Under the pieces are notes generated by a model. The model was not told where the DNA came from, ran no database searches, and saw only the letters and a program-made list of their open reading frames with translations. Shown piece after piece: positions 38,001-51,114 of a stretch of 64,000 nt of DNA (within the stretch, counting starts at the first letter, position 1; each line of letters opens with the position of its first letter). Position numbers and translations under genes: made by a program. Origin of the DNA: Macrostomum lignano. Its lineage: Eukaryota. Location of the stretch: positions 1-64,000 of the forward strand of contig NIVC01000205.1 of the NCBI GenBank assembly GCA_002269645.1, written 5' to 3'.

Positions 38001-40860
38001 CTTCTAGTGGTTCTTGTCATGGTAACTTACTCTAGGTAATTGTCAACAAAGTTGGCTTTGTTAAAAATATATACTTTCTTATAATTTTTGAATGAAGCTT
38101 TATACTGTTACGCATTTTTGCCCTTTGTAATAAATGCATCTTGAAGGCATTTTTGTGCATTTGTGTAACGTCGTCGCTTCTGTATTGAAAATGTTCAATT
38201 TCGTATTTATGGTTTTTGCAATTAATATTTAAAACTATATCTATTTCGGTCTAATGTTTGTAACTATTTTTTAGTTACTTTCCCCATTTGGTTTAATTTT
38301 GTTTTTCTATTTTCAATTAGTGCGGTTATTCAAATTTTGCTTCTTGATAGTTTTCAAGTACTCATTTTTGTATTAATATTTATACTCGTTGTTAGTTGTT
38401 AGTCGTCACTTTTCGTCCAAAAATACCGTAAAAATTCTGGCGCGCTTTCAAATACTTTATCTTTTACAATAACTCTAACTCTTACTACTACTAACTCGCG
38501 GCAAATCGTCTTTATAAACTTCTATTTCGAAAACTTTTCCAAATACATAGCTCTATAATATATTGGCCAAACAGGCTAATTGCCTGAGCCAAATTCTCTT
38601 ACTACTACTACTTTGTGTATGGTCCTGCGCTCTGTGTGTTGGTCTTAGTTCCCGTAGGCTTGGTGGCATTAGCATTATATTATCGTCTCAGATTACCCTT
38701 TGGTAAATAGTTGGCATTGCCATACTGCTTCTGACCTACTCACCATTATTCAGACTAGCAATTGAGTTGTTAAATTAATAATACGTATATTGGCCTACGA
38801 CAAGATCAACACTCACTCAGACTCAGCACGCGCACGCGCATCAGTCCCATGTTCTCGAACTAAATAAACTCGTCACATTTGGAATAATAAATCAAGTAAA
38901 GGAACTTGTTACGTACATGCAAAGTGTATTCACTGAGTAGAGTATCATACATATATATATATATGTATGTATAGTGAGAAGTATCATATATATATATATA
39001 TACAATACTATTTTATTTTGAAGTTGGTATTTTGCAAGTGATGCATTAAACAACTATAACAAAGTTAGGAACTCTACTATGCTATAAGTTATTTGTTTGT
39101 TGCTGATATGACTTGATACTAAAACATCTGTTGCAAAAGTGTCTTGTTACAGAAGTGTCCAGAAACCTATGTCAGTTACTACATCTACTATTTAGCACTG
39201 GTAGACAAATAATCCACTGGCCATTTGCCCAGGGCAGATGAATAGTCTGGCAGACAAATATTCCTAGATCCTAGATCTATTATAAAAAGGGGCCTAAAAT
39301 ATGCCCTAGGCCTAATCATGATGGAAAATAAAAAGGACAAAACAAAAACTTATTTCAAGGCATTTGCCTTCTATTCTCAGTAGTACAATCTGTTTTAATG
39401 AACTTAATAAAGTTTAGACTTAGAGATATTTTTTATCATTTTCCTAGTCATAGGCCTAGTCTTCACAGTTGTCAAAATGGTAAAGATTCAAGTCAATGGT
39501 CATCTCTATAAGCTTTTCTATAGGTATAGCCCATTTGGTAAAAGAATTTTCAGCAAAAGATGCTTTGGAAAAAGTGAATTTTTAGTTTATATAGATTGAA
39601 CATTTTGGTGAAAGAAGGTGACCAGTTCAGCAAAAATATAGACTACTTACTTATTATAATTACAAGTATACCACTAGTGATTGTAGACCTAGCTTTTAAT
39701 AAATTATTCATTGATTACTATATACATATATTTAGTTTGTAAATTTAAAGTCTTAGAACTTAGCTAGCTAGGCCCTAATAGTTATGTTATATATGCAAAG
39801 TGCAATCAATAGATCAGGCTAAGGATGATAGTTTGGTTTTTTGGTTTTATTTCCTAAATTATACTTTGAAATCTTACTAGGCCTATAATAGGATGACACC
39901 TAATAAAACAACATTTTATTAATCTAATAATAATATTGATACAATAAAAACATATAAAGATAAAATAGTCTTTAAAATTTGTCTTTTTTCATTGTCAAAG
40001 TCGGTTGAAACCTCTTCTATAGTGGCCTTTAGTTTTTAGGTATAAATTTTAGGTGTCTACTTTCTATCTTATACAGAGAAACAACAATAGGCTAGAAATT
40101 TTCTATATAGATCCAAGTAATAATACAATAAATTTCAAGGATAAAAGATGAGTATAGGCCTAATGATTTTATCCCAAGTCATTTTGAATTTGAGTAAACA
40201 AGTTTTCATTTGACTTTAATCTATAAAAATTAGAATAATTGAAAATGATTAAAAATAAGCAAATTAGGGTTTACTTGGTATTGAGCATAGTATTAAGTTT
40301 GTTTGCCAATTGATTTAGTCACAAGCATGATTAGCCAGCTATCATTTGTTGCATCTGTCAGGTGCTCTATAGTGCAAAACTTTGCTAGGCAGTTACCAAT
40401 GCTATAATATTAACTGCTAGTCTGCAAGGTTGATAGCAGCTATAACCTACAAGTGAGTGACATTTAGGCTGTCTATTAGGTCTTAAAGAATTTATTTAAT
40501 GACACCTCTAATGCTTTCTATTAGCACTCTAAAAACAAGTTGTATATGTCCTAATGACCTTGTTTGAAAATTGAAGACTACCTTGTTAAATCTGAAATGA
40601 AGCAACTCTATCTTGCAACAACTGCAAATCTAGCTCCAAGCTACTAAGCAGGTCTCAAATCTTAGACTTTTTAATTAATTTCCTTGTAATATTATTGCTT
40701 TGCTATTACCCAATATACTTCTGCACCTATTCACAAAGCTTCTATAGTTTGCTGATTATATATTGCTGTTTGGAAATAGTCTTATAACATTCAGCTTATT
40801 TTTTAGCCTTTATGGCTGCTTGATAAGTAATTTTCATTAGGAGTGCTAACTGGTAGCATC

Positions 40861-41930
40861 TAGGGAATACAAAATCCCAAGTTTTGCCAATCCCAGGATT
40901 TAGGGATTGTGATATCCCAGGATTGAAGAGGTTTCTAATTTTTGTTAGTGCAATTTTGGCTTAAAAAGTCATCCAATCTAGTTTTAAAGGGCTTTCAATG
41001 ATAAAAGTACAACAGAATAAAAGATTTTGCAAACAAGAAACTGATAATGAGCTCTGAAATGGAGTGTAAATAGGCTGGCATAATAGAAGGTTTTTTACAT
41101 GCAAGTATCAGCTCAAGAAAATCACACTTGATTGTGATATAACATGTGGAATGATAGCTTATAGAGCTATGGCATAAGGTATTGATACCAGTTTAGAAAG
41201 GGATCAGACCTCACCCTCCCAAGGGCACCCACCCTAGATAAAGAATGGGTAGCTTGGGTTGTGGTCCAATAGCAAGGTCCCAAGTCTTGACTCCCATTGT
41301 TCTAATCCCAACTATAGCCAAGGAGGTTTTGAAGGTAGGGATTACTTAAAATAGTTTTGCTACCAACCCTATTCTGGGCATCTAAAGGGTGTCTTGACTG
41401 TGTTGAGAATGAGGTCTTTTGCATAGGGGGCTTCTGATCTGCACAAGGTCAAGACTTGAAACCCATTGACTTAGCTAGGTTTGGAATAGATAAAGAGTTC
41501 AAATGAACAATGAACAATGATCTGGCAAGCTATAGTACCATGATAGGAAACAATAAGGAATTGGCTTCTATTGCTTTAGGCTTTGTTCATAGGTTTTTGA
41601 ATAATAATTAAATTTGTCTGCAATTAGCATATGCATATACTGTAGCTGCATGTACATTTATTATTATACCTGAGATCTCCTTACAATCTGCCAATAGCTT
41701 CAGTTTTGTATCCATGTAGCCCTAACCTTCTCACTAGCTTGCATGTTTAAAAGATTAATAAATCAAAGCAAGACAAATAAGTGATGATTTTCACCTGACA
41801 AACAGCTTAGCTGCAGATACTACTACTAAGAATGAATGATTGAATTATTGCAAACTGGGATTAAGATCCCAATGGTCAATCCCAAGATTTTTTAATCCCA
41901 GACAATTGTGATCTAGGATTGTATTCCCTA
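40861..41930. mobile_element. Non-autonomous hAT-type DNA transposon, 1070 bp
   Basis: TIR TAGGGAATACAA...TTGTATTCCCTA; exact 8-bp TSD GTAGCATC (40853-40860 and 41931-41938). Confidence 0.85.
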
Positions 41931-43064
41931 GTAGCATCTTGCCAGTGCTATGCCTAATATTGAATATTATAGCTGACTTCAAAGCTAACCAATTCATTAG
42001 CACCATTAGGCTTCTTCACATCAGATTAAATGTTAGATAATAAGTCCTTTGTCTTGATGCTAAGTATTTGCAAACTATTGTAGGATCAAGTTCAAATGGC
42101 ATTTAAATATCCTTTTTTGTGACTTGCTGTCTGCTTTTAGGTCTTGCTTATTATGTTGATGCCCTATCTTTTAACTCCACCTTAAAATGATTGACCTTCC
42201 TCAATAGTATATACTTCTACTAGATGCTAAGGGCATTGCAATTAAGATTCATTGCCTGAAAGAGCCAAGTTGTAGCCTATACATCTTTTTTTCTTGTTTT
42301 TTGCCCTTTGCACAAAGTGCAATATACATTTTGGAGAAATTGTTATAGTGCTACATTAGGGTTTAGCATTGGGGTGGCTGCTATTGCTTTTGCCAACTAG
42401 GACCAGGTATAGATATTAATGACAATTGAGAAAGCTAAGTGTTGTATCAGTTATTTAGCTTTGCCTTGCATTTTGGCATTTTCAAATTCAATAAAAATAC
42501 TAAGATTTGTGCCATATTTTGGGCTAGCTGAAATTTAAACTAAAGTGAATTTGTAGAGTCAATATAGCAAAGGATAAAAGTTATAAAAGCAAAATCAAAC
42601 AAAAAATTAAATATCTTTTTAATAAAAAACAAAGCAGATATAATATATGCATATATATCAGTCTAATAAATATCATAAAGTTAAAAAACATGCAATTTTG
42701 AGATAGCCATCAAATTTTAGTAGCAAAAAGTCACAAAATAGGTGATTAAAATAGTTTCTAGCTTTTATTTTTTAAGTTTTTAATTTTGAAGTATAAAAAG
42801 TTTATTAAAATAATAAAACAAAAGTTTTTTTCCTGAAAAAATAAGCATAAGGCTATGCGGAGCTGGAGGTAAATAGCTCATAGCTCATTACTTAAGGAAT
42901 AAAAAAGTGCAAGACTTATTTTATTGCAAAAAATAGTATATAACAGTGTATGGTATTAATAAAATATTTATGTTTTTTATTAGTACTTGCTGCATAAAAC
43001 TAGCTTGAAGTCTGTTTGCAACAATGAATATCTACCATACTTTTTTCACCAATGCAATTCCCAG

Positions 43065-46000
43065 CATACTGGAGTTGAAGCCTGGCTGCCTTTCTGTCTA
43101 GCCTGCATAGCTCTGGCTCTGGGCAATTATGCCTATAGAAATGGCGCCCTGGACTTTATCACAGTTGCTAGGCAGTTTCGTAGACGCGATTGGCTATTGT
43201 ATTTGTTGCAACGCCTAAGACGACAAGTTTCAACATGTTGGCCAATAAGAAGTTGTAAGCGTTCATCTACTGATAGTAGCAATCAAAGTAAAAGATGCGA
43301 CTATCAATCAGAAAAAGCTACACAGCGATGGAAGCGTACAAGGCGATTGTCAGATGCAGCTATTAATTATTCGGTTATCAAATCGACAGCATCAGAGGCT
43401 ACAAAGCTACAAAGCAATTTGCTAAGCAGTTTTGGCCTATCCAGCCTAGCGGAATTGTTACCCTGTCTGAAGCAATTGAAACCAAGTCAGATTTCTCAGC
43501 TGGGCAAAGCTGCAGTGTCTAGTACAGTTGCTAAGGGCCAACAGTTGCTATGCCAGCCAACATACGGCGTGATATTTATTGATTCTGGATTAATTGAGGT
43601 GCAGTTATTGAATGACAAGGATGTTATTGAATATATTCCACCTGGAGAGATTGTATTCAGTGCACTGATGCTGCTGAAATGGATTTATGCTTGTCAGGCA
43701 CCAGGTGGTAGTCATAGTCGCTACCTGAGGCTGGCGGCTGTTACGGACACAAAGATACGCTGGCTGCCATTCGATGCTTTGCTAGAGGCTCTAGCCTATG
43801 ATCGCGAGTTTGATAATAACATATTGGTAATTCAATGTTGGCGCCAGTTTACTCGTGTAACAGCGCGCGGTCTGGCGCCACTGCTGCTGCCAGATGAGGC
43901 GCCGGTACCCTGGCTAAATAATGACAATGCTGTGAGCATTAATAATAATAATAATCATAATCATAAAACTGTCGCTGAGTTACTTGGAGTCGATGAAATC
44001 AACAGTTGTGCGTGTACTACTGTGAATTGTGGATCTGATCAAATTAAATTCGACAACAATTATGGACATGCATTAAGTACTACTGTTAGTAATGTTGACG
44101 TTGTTGTTCAAGCTGGTTCCGGCCAAGTTGGCGAATTGATTTGCGTGCTGCGAGGAAATTTATGGCAGCGCGTCAATGGCCAGACCATGCTAGTTGGCAG
44201 GTCAGTATTGCTGGTTATCGATTGCGTATTTGATACGATAAAGTGGACTAGTGGAGGATTGTACAGCAACCCCTAACTTCAATAATTTGTCAGTTTCCCG
44301 TTCACGCCTGTAAGGTTCTATCAGGTCTCCACGACATAATGTCTTTGAGACGTTTTAAGATCCCTTATATTGTCAGACCATGTCATATCCCCGATATTGT
44401 CAGACCGTGTCATATCCCCGATATTGTCAGACCAGGTCATATCCCCGATATTGTCAGACCATGTCATATCCACGATATTGTCAGACCAGGTCATATCCCC
44501 GATATTGTCAGACCATGTCATATCCACGATATTGTCAGACCGTGTCATATCCACGATATTGTCAGACCATGTCATATCCCCGATATTCTCAGACTACTTT
44601 CTGATCTTTATTCCTCCCAGATTCTGTTAGACCCCCTGGCAGCCTTTCTCCTATACGTAGACTCAGAACCGGTCTTCAATTGAAGCAATCAATCCCCTTG
44701 CCACCAATCAGACCCGGAGACCTAGTGGGTCAGCTGGAATTTCTCAGCCGCCTGCCGTTGGCCTCAGGCGGTTCAATCTACTGCCTGAGCAATTGTACTG
44801 CTCAGCTTGTTCGCATCAACCTGCCTCTGGCTGCCGCTACTGACAAGACCTTGATTCCCACTGTGGCCAATCACTTGGCTAAACAATTCCTACATTCCTT
44901 ACTGTCGAGGCCGGATGTTCCGCTGACTGTCCTGCTAGAGCCTATCGCTCGCTATGTGTCACTTCGCATTGGCCAAGCGTTGCCCTTGGAATCTGTTGAC
45001 AACTGCTATTTTTATGTGGTATCTGGCCGGCTGCAAGACTTTCTAAAATTTCCCTACGATGAAGCTTCTTCTGCCTCTGCATCGCCTGTTACTAAGGAAT
45101 GCTATAGTGCTGGCTGTCTTGTTAATACCACTAAAGCCTCCTTGTACGCTTCATCATCATCGTTGGCCACCGTGGTAGCGGCAGTCCGGGACTCTGAGCT
45201 CATTAGACTGTCCCGTAGGCTGGTTGACTGTCTGTCTGTGCGCTGTCCGGCTTTTTCTCACCGACTGGTGTCAGCTGTAGCTCACAGACTGTTGGACTCG
45301 TATCGGGTTACGGCTGCTGATGATGCATCGACATTGCCTCTGTCAGATCGTCATTGCATTATTGCTCTGCTGCCTGGCCAAGCCTCTATTCCTGTGGATC
45401 TGTTTGCTCAACAACTGGCTGCCTGTCTGCCTGGAGTTGTCAGGTGTGTCATCTTTGCGGCATTTTGAATCAATGATTCTCGCGCTGCAATCCACGCGAC
45501 TGATCCCCACTCACTGATCCTCACTCACTGATCCTCACTCACTGATCCCCATTCACTGATTCCTACTCACTGATCCCCACGCTGTAATCCCCACTCACTG
45601 ATCCCCACGCTGTAATCCCCACTCACTGATCCCCACGCTGTAATCCCCACTTACGGATCCTCACGCTGTAATTCGCCACCCCCTGATCCCCACTCACTGA
45701 TCCCCACTTACTAATCCCCACTCACTGATCCCCCCTCACTGATCCCCACTCACTGATCCACACTCACTGATCTACACTCACTGATCCCCACTCACTGATC
45801 CCCACTCACTGATCCCAATTTCTTTGATCCCCACTCACTAATCCCCACTAACGGATCCCCCCTCACTGATCACCATTCACTGATCCCCACTCACTAATCC
45901 CCATTCACTGATCCCCACTCTTATCTCCCTAATTTTGTTTAGTGCGGCGTCTTAGTCCCCTATTTATCCATGTTTTGTACAATGCTTGACATTCTATTAA

Positions 46001-48021
46001 GATAAAAAAGCAGTATGCATTGCTCACAACTAACCTTTCAGGCGCCTCTCCTCAGACCGAGCCCGAAGTGTTTTCGGCGCCTCAGTAAAATGTTTGAACC
46101 AATCTTACCCATTGTCGTCAACGTCAGCAGACGAAATTCTCAAACATTGGATTGCAGCCGAAGAGGATTCTGTAGCTAGGCAGGATGAAGCTTCATCTAA
46201 GCGGCTGTTCCTATTGTTATCGCTAGACTATGCGCCAACCGCTTGGACCCGAGCTGCTTTACGCAGATCGGATAGAGTGCTGGTACTGCTAGAGCACAAT
46301 GGGTGCTCAGTGCAGCCCAGCCTAGCCGAGATTTACTATTCCTCATTGAGCAGTTCGTGTGTATTATCTAGTAGGAGACGAATGGAACTAATACTGCTGC
46401 ATTCGACTCGAAGGCGAGTGGTGCCAGCTGGTAGTACTCTTCCTTACCTGGTTGCTAGGCCCTGGCTTAGCGGGCACCGGCATCTGCGACTGCCACTTAG
46501 GCTGCGACGGATCAGAGATCGGGGAAGAGTGGATGAGGTTAGGGAGTTTTTGACAAGTCATTTATATGTATCCAGAAGTAAAATCCAGACTAAAAGATAA
46601 ATCGTCCTAGACTAAATGAGAAATCCCCCCAGACCAAAAGAGAAATCGCCCCAGACTAAACCGAACGAGAACTCGCCCCAGACGAAATGAGTATTCGCTC
46701 CAGACTAAACAAGAAATCGCCTCAGACTAAACAAGAAATCACCTCCAGACTAAACGAGAAATCGCCCCAGACTAAATCGAAGGAGAAATCGTCCGTGACT
46801 AAACGAGAAATCGCCTCATACCAAAAGAGAAATTGCCCCATACCAAAAAAGATTCACTGTTTCCCATTCACTGATCCCCACTAACGGATCCCCCTCTGAC
46901 TGATCCCCACTAGCGGGCGACTAAAAAAGAAATCGCCCTAGATTAAAAAAGAGAAATCGCTCTAGACTAAATGAGAAATCGCCCCAGACTAATCGAGAAA
47001 TCGCCCCAGACCATGGGAAATCACCCCGGACTAAAGCAGATCGCACTCATTGCCAATCCTGCAGAAGTCGCCGCCCCCAGCTGCAGCCGACATGTGCCGT
47101 CTTGCCCGCCACCTGTCCAATGGCGCCATAGGCCTGGCCCTGGGCGGCGGGGGCGCCCGCGGTGCCGCCCACCCTGCAGTCCTCCGCCTGCTGGCCAACC
47201 GCGGAGTCCCCGTAGACGCCGTGGCCGGTACCAGCATTGGCGCCCTGGTTGGCGCGCTCTGGTCGATGGAAACCTGTCCACAATCTGTCCAACAAACTGT
47301 CAAGCAGATGTTTGCAGACAGCAGTAAGAAGTCTAGTCAGGCTTACGATGTCACCCTGCCATTGGTGTCGCTGTTTCGAGGCGGCCTGCTCAATAGCCTG
47401 CTTGCCCAGTGCTTCGATGTCAGGCGCGGTATTGAAGATCTTTGGTTGCCATGCTATTTTATAACTACAGAGTTGCGTAGTAGAAAGATTCGTGTTCTAA
47501 GCCGGGGCTCGCTTTGGAAAGCTGTTCGAGCCAGCATGTCCTATCCGGTGCTGCTGCCGCCTGTATGGTCAGACGATGGTCAGGACTGTCTCGTTGACGG
47601 CTGCTTTGTCAACAATCTACCAGTAGATGTGTTGCGTCAGAAATCCGACGGCGTTATAAAAGTCATAGCCGTAGACATATCGGATAGCAATCGGTTGGAA
47701 CCTGGCAGGTTTCGAGTCTATGGCGACTGTTTGTCCGGATTCTCGGCTCTGTTGAGTCCGGCTGGTCGATATCCCAGGCTGATAGATGTGCAGATGCGAT
47801 TGGCCAGTATAACCTCTAATATGCGAGTGACGGAGCAGCGGCTGCGGTCCATGCACTGGTGCTGGTATCTGACTCCTCCTGTGCAGGGCTTTGGTATAGC
47901 CAGTTTTAGCCAATTTCAGCCAGTCTACGATGCCGCTGTGGACTATCTGGAGGACAAATGGAGACGGGATTCCGCCGATGGCTCTTTGCCAACTTGGTTG
48001 ATTGACGCCGCTAAACGATAG
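43065..48021 (+). CDS. PNPLA6: Neuropathy target esterase / PNPLA6-7 / swiss-cheese-like lysophospholipase (exons about 43065-44200, 44631-45443, 46042-46537, 47065-48021; start exon not located)
   Basis: N-terminal TM followed by FRRRDWLLY (cf. FRKRDKVLFY), three cNMP-like segments, and a patatin domain with GGGARG, GTSIG and DGCFVNNLP. GT-AG introns are phase compatible. PNPLA6 versus PNPLA7 is not resolvable. Confidence 0.85.
44355..44592. repeat. Intronic minisatellite, 27-bp unit TGTCAGACCATGTCATATCCCCGATAT, about 9 copies
   Basis: Lies inside intron 44201-44630. Confidence 0.9.
45500..45920. repeat. Intronic minisatellite, 14-bp unit CACTCACTGATCCC, about 30 copies
   Basis: Lies inside intron 45444-46041. 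Confidence 0.9.
46585..47040. repeat. Intronic degenerate about 22-bp minisatellite GAGAAATCGCCCCAGACTAAA, interrupted by a patch of the 14-bp repeat (about 46860-46912)
   Basis: Lies inside intron 46538-47064. Confidence 0.85.
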
Positions 48022-48067
48022 GGACAAATAAGATTGCGTTTGTGTAATTAATGGCAACAAAAATATG

Positions 48068-48930
48068 GCTCTGTTGCCATGTTGGAAATTCAGGGTAGCA
48101 TAGAGAGGCTCAGTCCCGAATGGCTGTGTTGGAAATCCAGGACAGCATAGAGAGGCTCAGTCCCGAATGGCTGTGTTGGAAATCCAGGGCAGCATAGAGA
48201 GGCTCAGTCCCGAATGGCTGTGTTGGAAATCCAGGACAGCATAGAGAGGCTCAGTCCCGAATGGCTGTGTTGGAAATCCAGGGCAGCATAGAGAGGCTCA
48301 GTCCCGAATGGCTGTGTTGGAAATCCAGGGCAACATCTGGAGGCTCAGTCCCGAATGGCTGTGTTGGAAATCCAGGGCACATCTGGAGGCTCAGTCCCGA
48401 ATGGCTGTGTTGGAAATCCAGGGCAGCATCTGGAGGCTCAGTCCCGAATGGCTGTGTTGGAAATCCAGGGCAACATCTGGAGGCTCAGTCCCGAATGGCT
48501 GTGTTGGATAGAGAGGCTCAGTGTTGGAAATCCAGGGCAGCATCTGGAGGCTCAGTCCCGAATGGCTGTGTTGGAAATCCAGGGCAGTATCTGGAGGCTC
48601 AGTCCCGAATGGCTGTGTTGGAAATCCAGGGCAGTATCTGGAGGCTCAGTCCCGAATGGCTGTGTTGGAAATTCAGGGCAGTATCTGGAGGCTCAGTCCC
48701 GAATGGCTGTGTTGGAAATCCAGGGCAGCATCTGGAGGCTCAGTCCCGAATGGCTGTGTTGGAAATCCAGGGCACATCTGGAGGCTCAGACCCGAATGGC
48801 TGTGTTGGAAATTCAGGGCAGTATCTGGAGGCTCAGTCCCGAATGGCTGTGTTGGAAATTCAGGGCAGTATCTGGAGGCTCAGTCCCGAATGGCTGTGTT
48901 GGAAATCCAGGGCACATCTGGAGGCTCAGT
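48068..48930. repeat. Minisatellite, 47-bp unit CTCAGTCCCGAATGGCTGTGTTGGAAATCCAGGGCAGCATCTGGAGG, about 18 copies, just 3' of the PNPLA stop
   Basis: Direct reading. Confidence 0.95.
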
Positions 48931-49804
48931 CAAATCCAAATCCATCTCAGCAGGCTCTGGCAATCATTCAATTATGTTGTGATGCACTATTTTTCATATT
49001 TGTCAGTCTTTCCATCTCTTTTAATTTCATATCCGACCTGTTATGGTGCCTTTAATTTCATTTGAATGTAGCACTTAGACGCGTATATTTTTTATAATCG
49101 ATTAACTATAATTCCGTCTCTTATTCATACTACTAGCTGCTGACTTTCACCAGTAGTAGCTAAAGCGTTTATATCGCACCAGAATGTTTAGTCTCTTGTT
49201 TTATAAAGTTAGATTCTTGAAAGAGTTATTGTTAATTGTTTACTTTCTCTCATTAACAGATCAGTTATTAATTTGTTTTAGTTTTTAATTACTTCTACTT
49301 TTTGCTATTAATATGCAGTATTTTTGCACGTTTATATTTTAATGTAATTTTTATTAATAACAACACTTCCCATTCCTGTTGAAGTATCATATTATTGAAA
49401 CTTAATAAAACTGCCATTTACATAGCATCTATATTGTTTAAGTTTTCATTTCTTTTCACTTTATCACTTCTTATCTACATCAGATTGTAATTTGCGCACA
49501 TCAGGAGAAGGATGATGCATATTTTAAAGGCGAATTTGAAGGATTGGGGCCCCTTTCATACTCCCGAGCTCACTTCACTATTTTGTTTGGCAAAGATCGA
49601 GGTTTGAGCAACTCGAACTTCTCTTTGTTTAGACAAGATAAGTTTGAAGGTGAACTTTTGAGTCTGAGAATACGGGCCCTTTGATTCTTTTGACATGCAA
49701 AGGCCGAGTCTGACTTCTCCTCGAGCATGGCGCTTTACTGTCACTGGCTTTCTGAATCATTTAGATCAGGTCTGAACCGGTTAGATCACTTTCAAACCAC
49801 TTAA

Positions 49805-50155
49805 TTCAACCCTGAACCGCTCTTCAACATCAACCCGGAACCGCTCTTCAACATCAACCCTGAACCGCTCTTCCACATCAACCCTGAACCGCTCTTCCAC
49901 ATCAACCCTGAACCGCTCTTCCACATCAACCCTGAACCGCTCTTCAACATCAACCCGGAACCGCTCTTCAACATCAACCCGGAACCGCTCTTCAACATCA
50001 ACCCTGAACCGCTCTTCAACATCAACCCTGAACCGCTCTTCAACATCAACCCTGAACCGCTGTCAACATCAACCCTGAACCGCTGTCAACATCAACCCTG
50101 AACCGCTCTTCAACATCAATCCTGAACCGCTCTTCCACATCAACCCTGAACCGCA
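49805..50155. repeat. Minisatellite, 24-bp unit AACCCTGAACCGCTCTTCAACATC, about 14 copies
   Basis: Direct reading. Confidence 0.95.
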
Positions 50156-51114
50156 ATCAAACACCTGCCTGATCCACGTAGTTAAAGTGACGAAATATTT
50201 ATGAATAATTGAGTAGCGAAAGCAGGAAATGCCCAGATATGTGTTCAATTTAATACATATTTTCCCGCTGTCCATCATTCTGTTCCAGGCCACGGTGTCG
50301 CAACAACAGTAACAAAAATGTTTAACACTGCATCGCGTTCAAATTATCTATATAAGCAAGGCAACCGAACACCCTTGAATTAATCAGAAAAGTAGAAATT
50401 GCAAGACGATATTATAATATGTTGCTGCTGAATCTTGCAGAGTTTTATTCCGTGAAATTAATGCTTTTTTTATTCTTAACAGATCTGTATTGGTTATATA
50501 TAGATAAATAAAAAACGATTCTTAAAGTGCATTTATGCATGGCCTTCTAGAGGCTTATGCAATGAGTTATGCAATCCTATTGTACATTCTGTTGTAAAAA
50601 TCAAAATAGTTAACCATCGAAAACTGAACGTTTGATTTATTTTATTTTATTAGTATCAGATTTCAATATAAAGTATCTGAAGTTGTTTATTAGTATATCT
50701 GATGTAGCAATAGTCAGTTCATTTACGAGCGTACCTCTATTTATCAAATTCTTTAGGGGTTGTTAAAGCTTTGGCCATAGACATAAGCGCGTTTTGATTT
50801 AGCACACAGGACGGGATCTTAAAGTGCTGTATGTACTCGCATATATAGTTTTCAGCCTACTTTTAGATCTGTCGGTTTAGACCATAGACAAAATCTCGAA
50901 TAGAATTACATGCCCCATTTTTAGTATAGCTTGACTAAAAATCTAATTGTTACTGGTATCACTTTTGTCAGTAAAGTTTAGCTGCAAACCTTAACGTAAC
51001 GTACAAACATTCCAGAGACTACCTTGTACTCGTAGTATACCTGTAAATATATAGCTGTTCTACATTAAGAAAATAGGCAATAATGGTCATTGTAAATCTC
51101 TTTGCATGGTATTG

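Noticed and set aside
48261-50293. ORFs over the 47-bp and 24-bp arrays
   Set aside because: The 47-bp period cycles through frames and the 24-bp array has frameshifting unit deletions; these are repeat artefacts.
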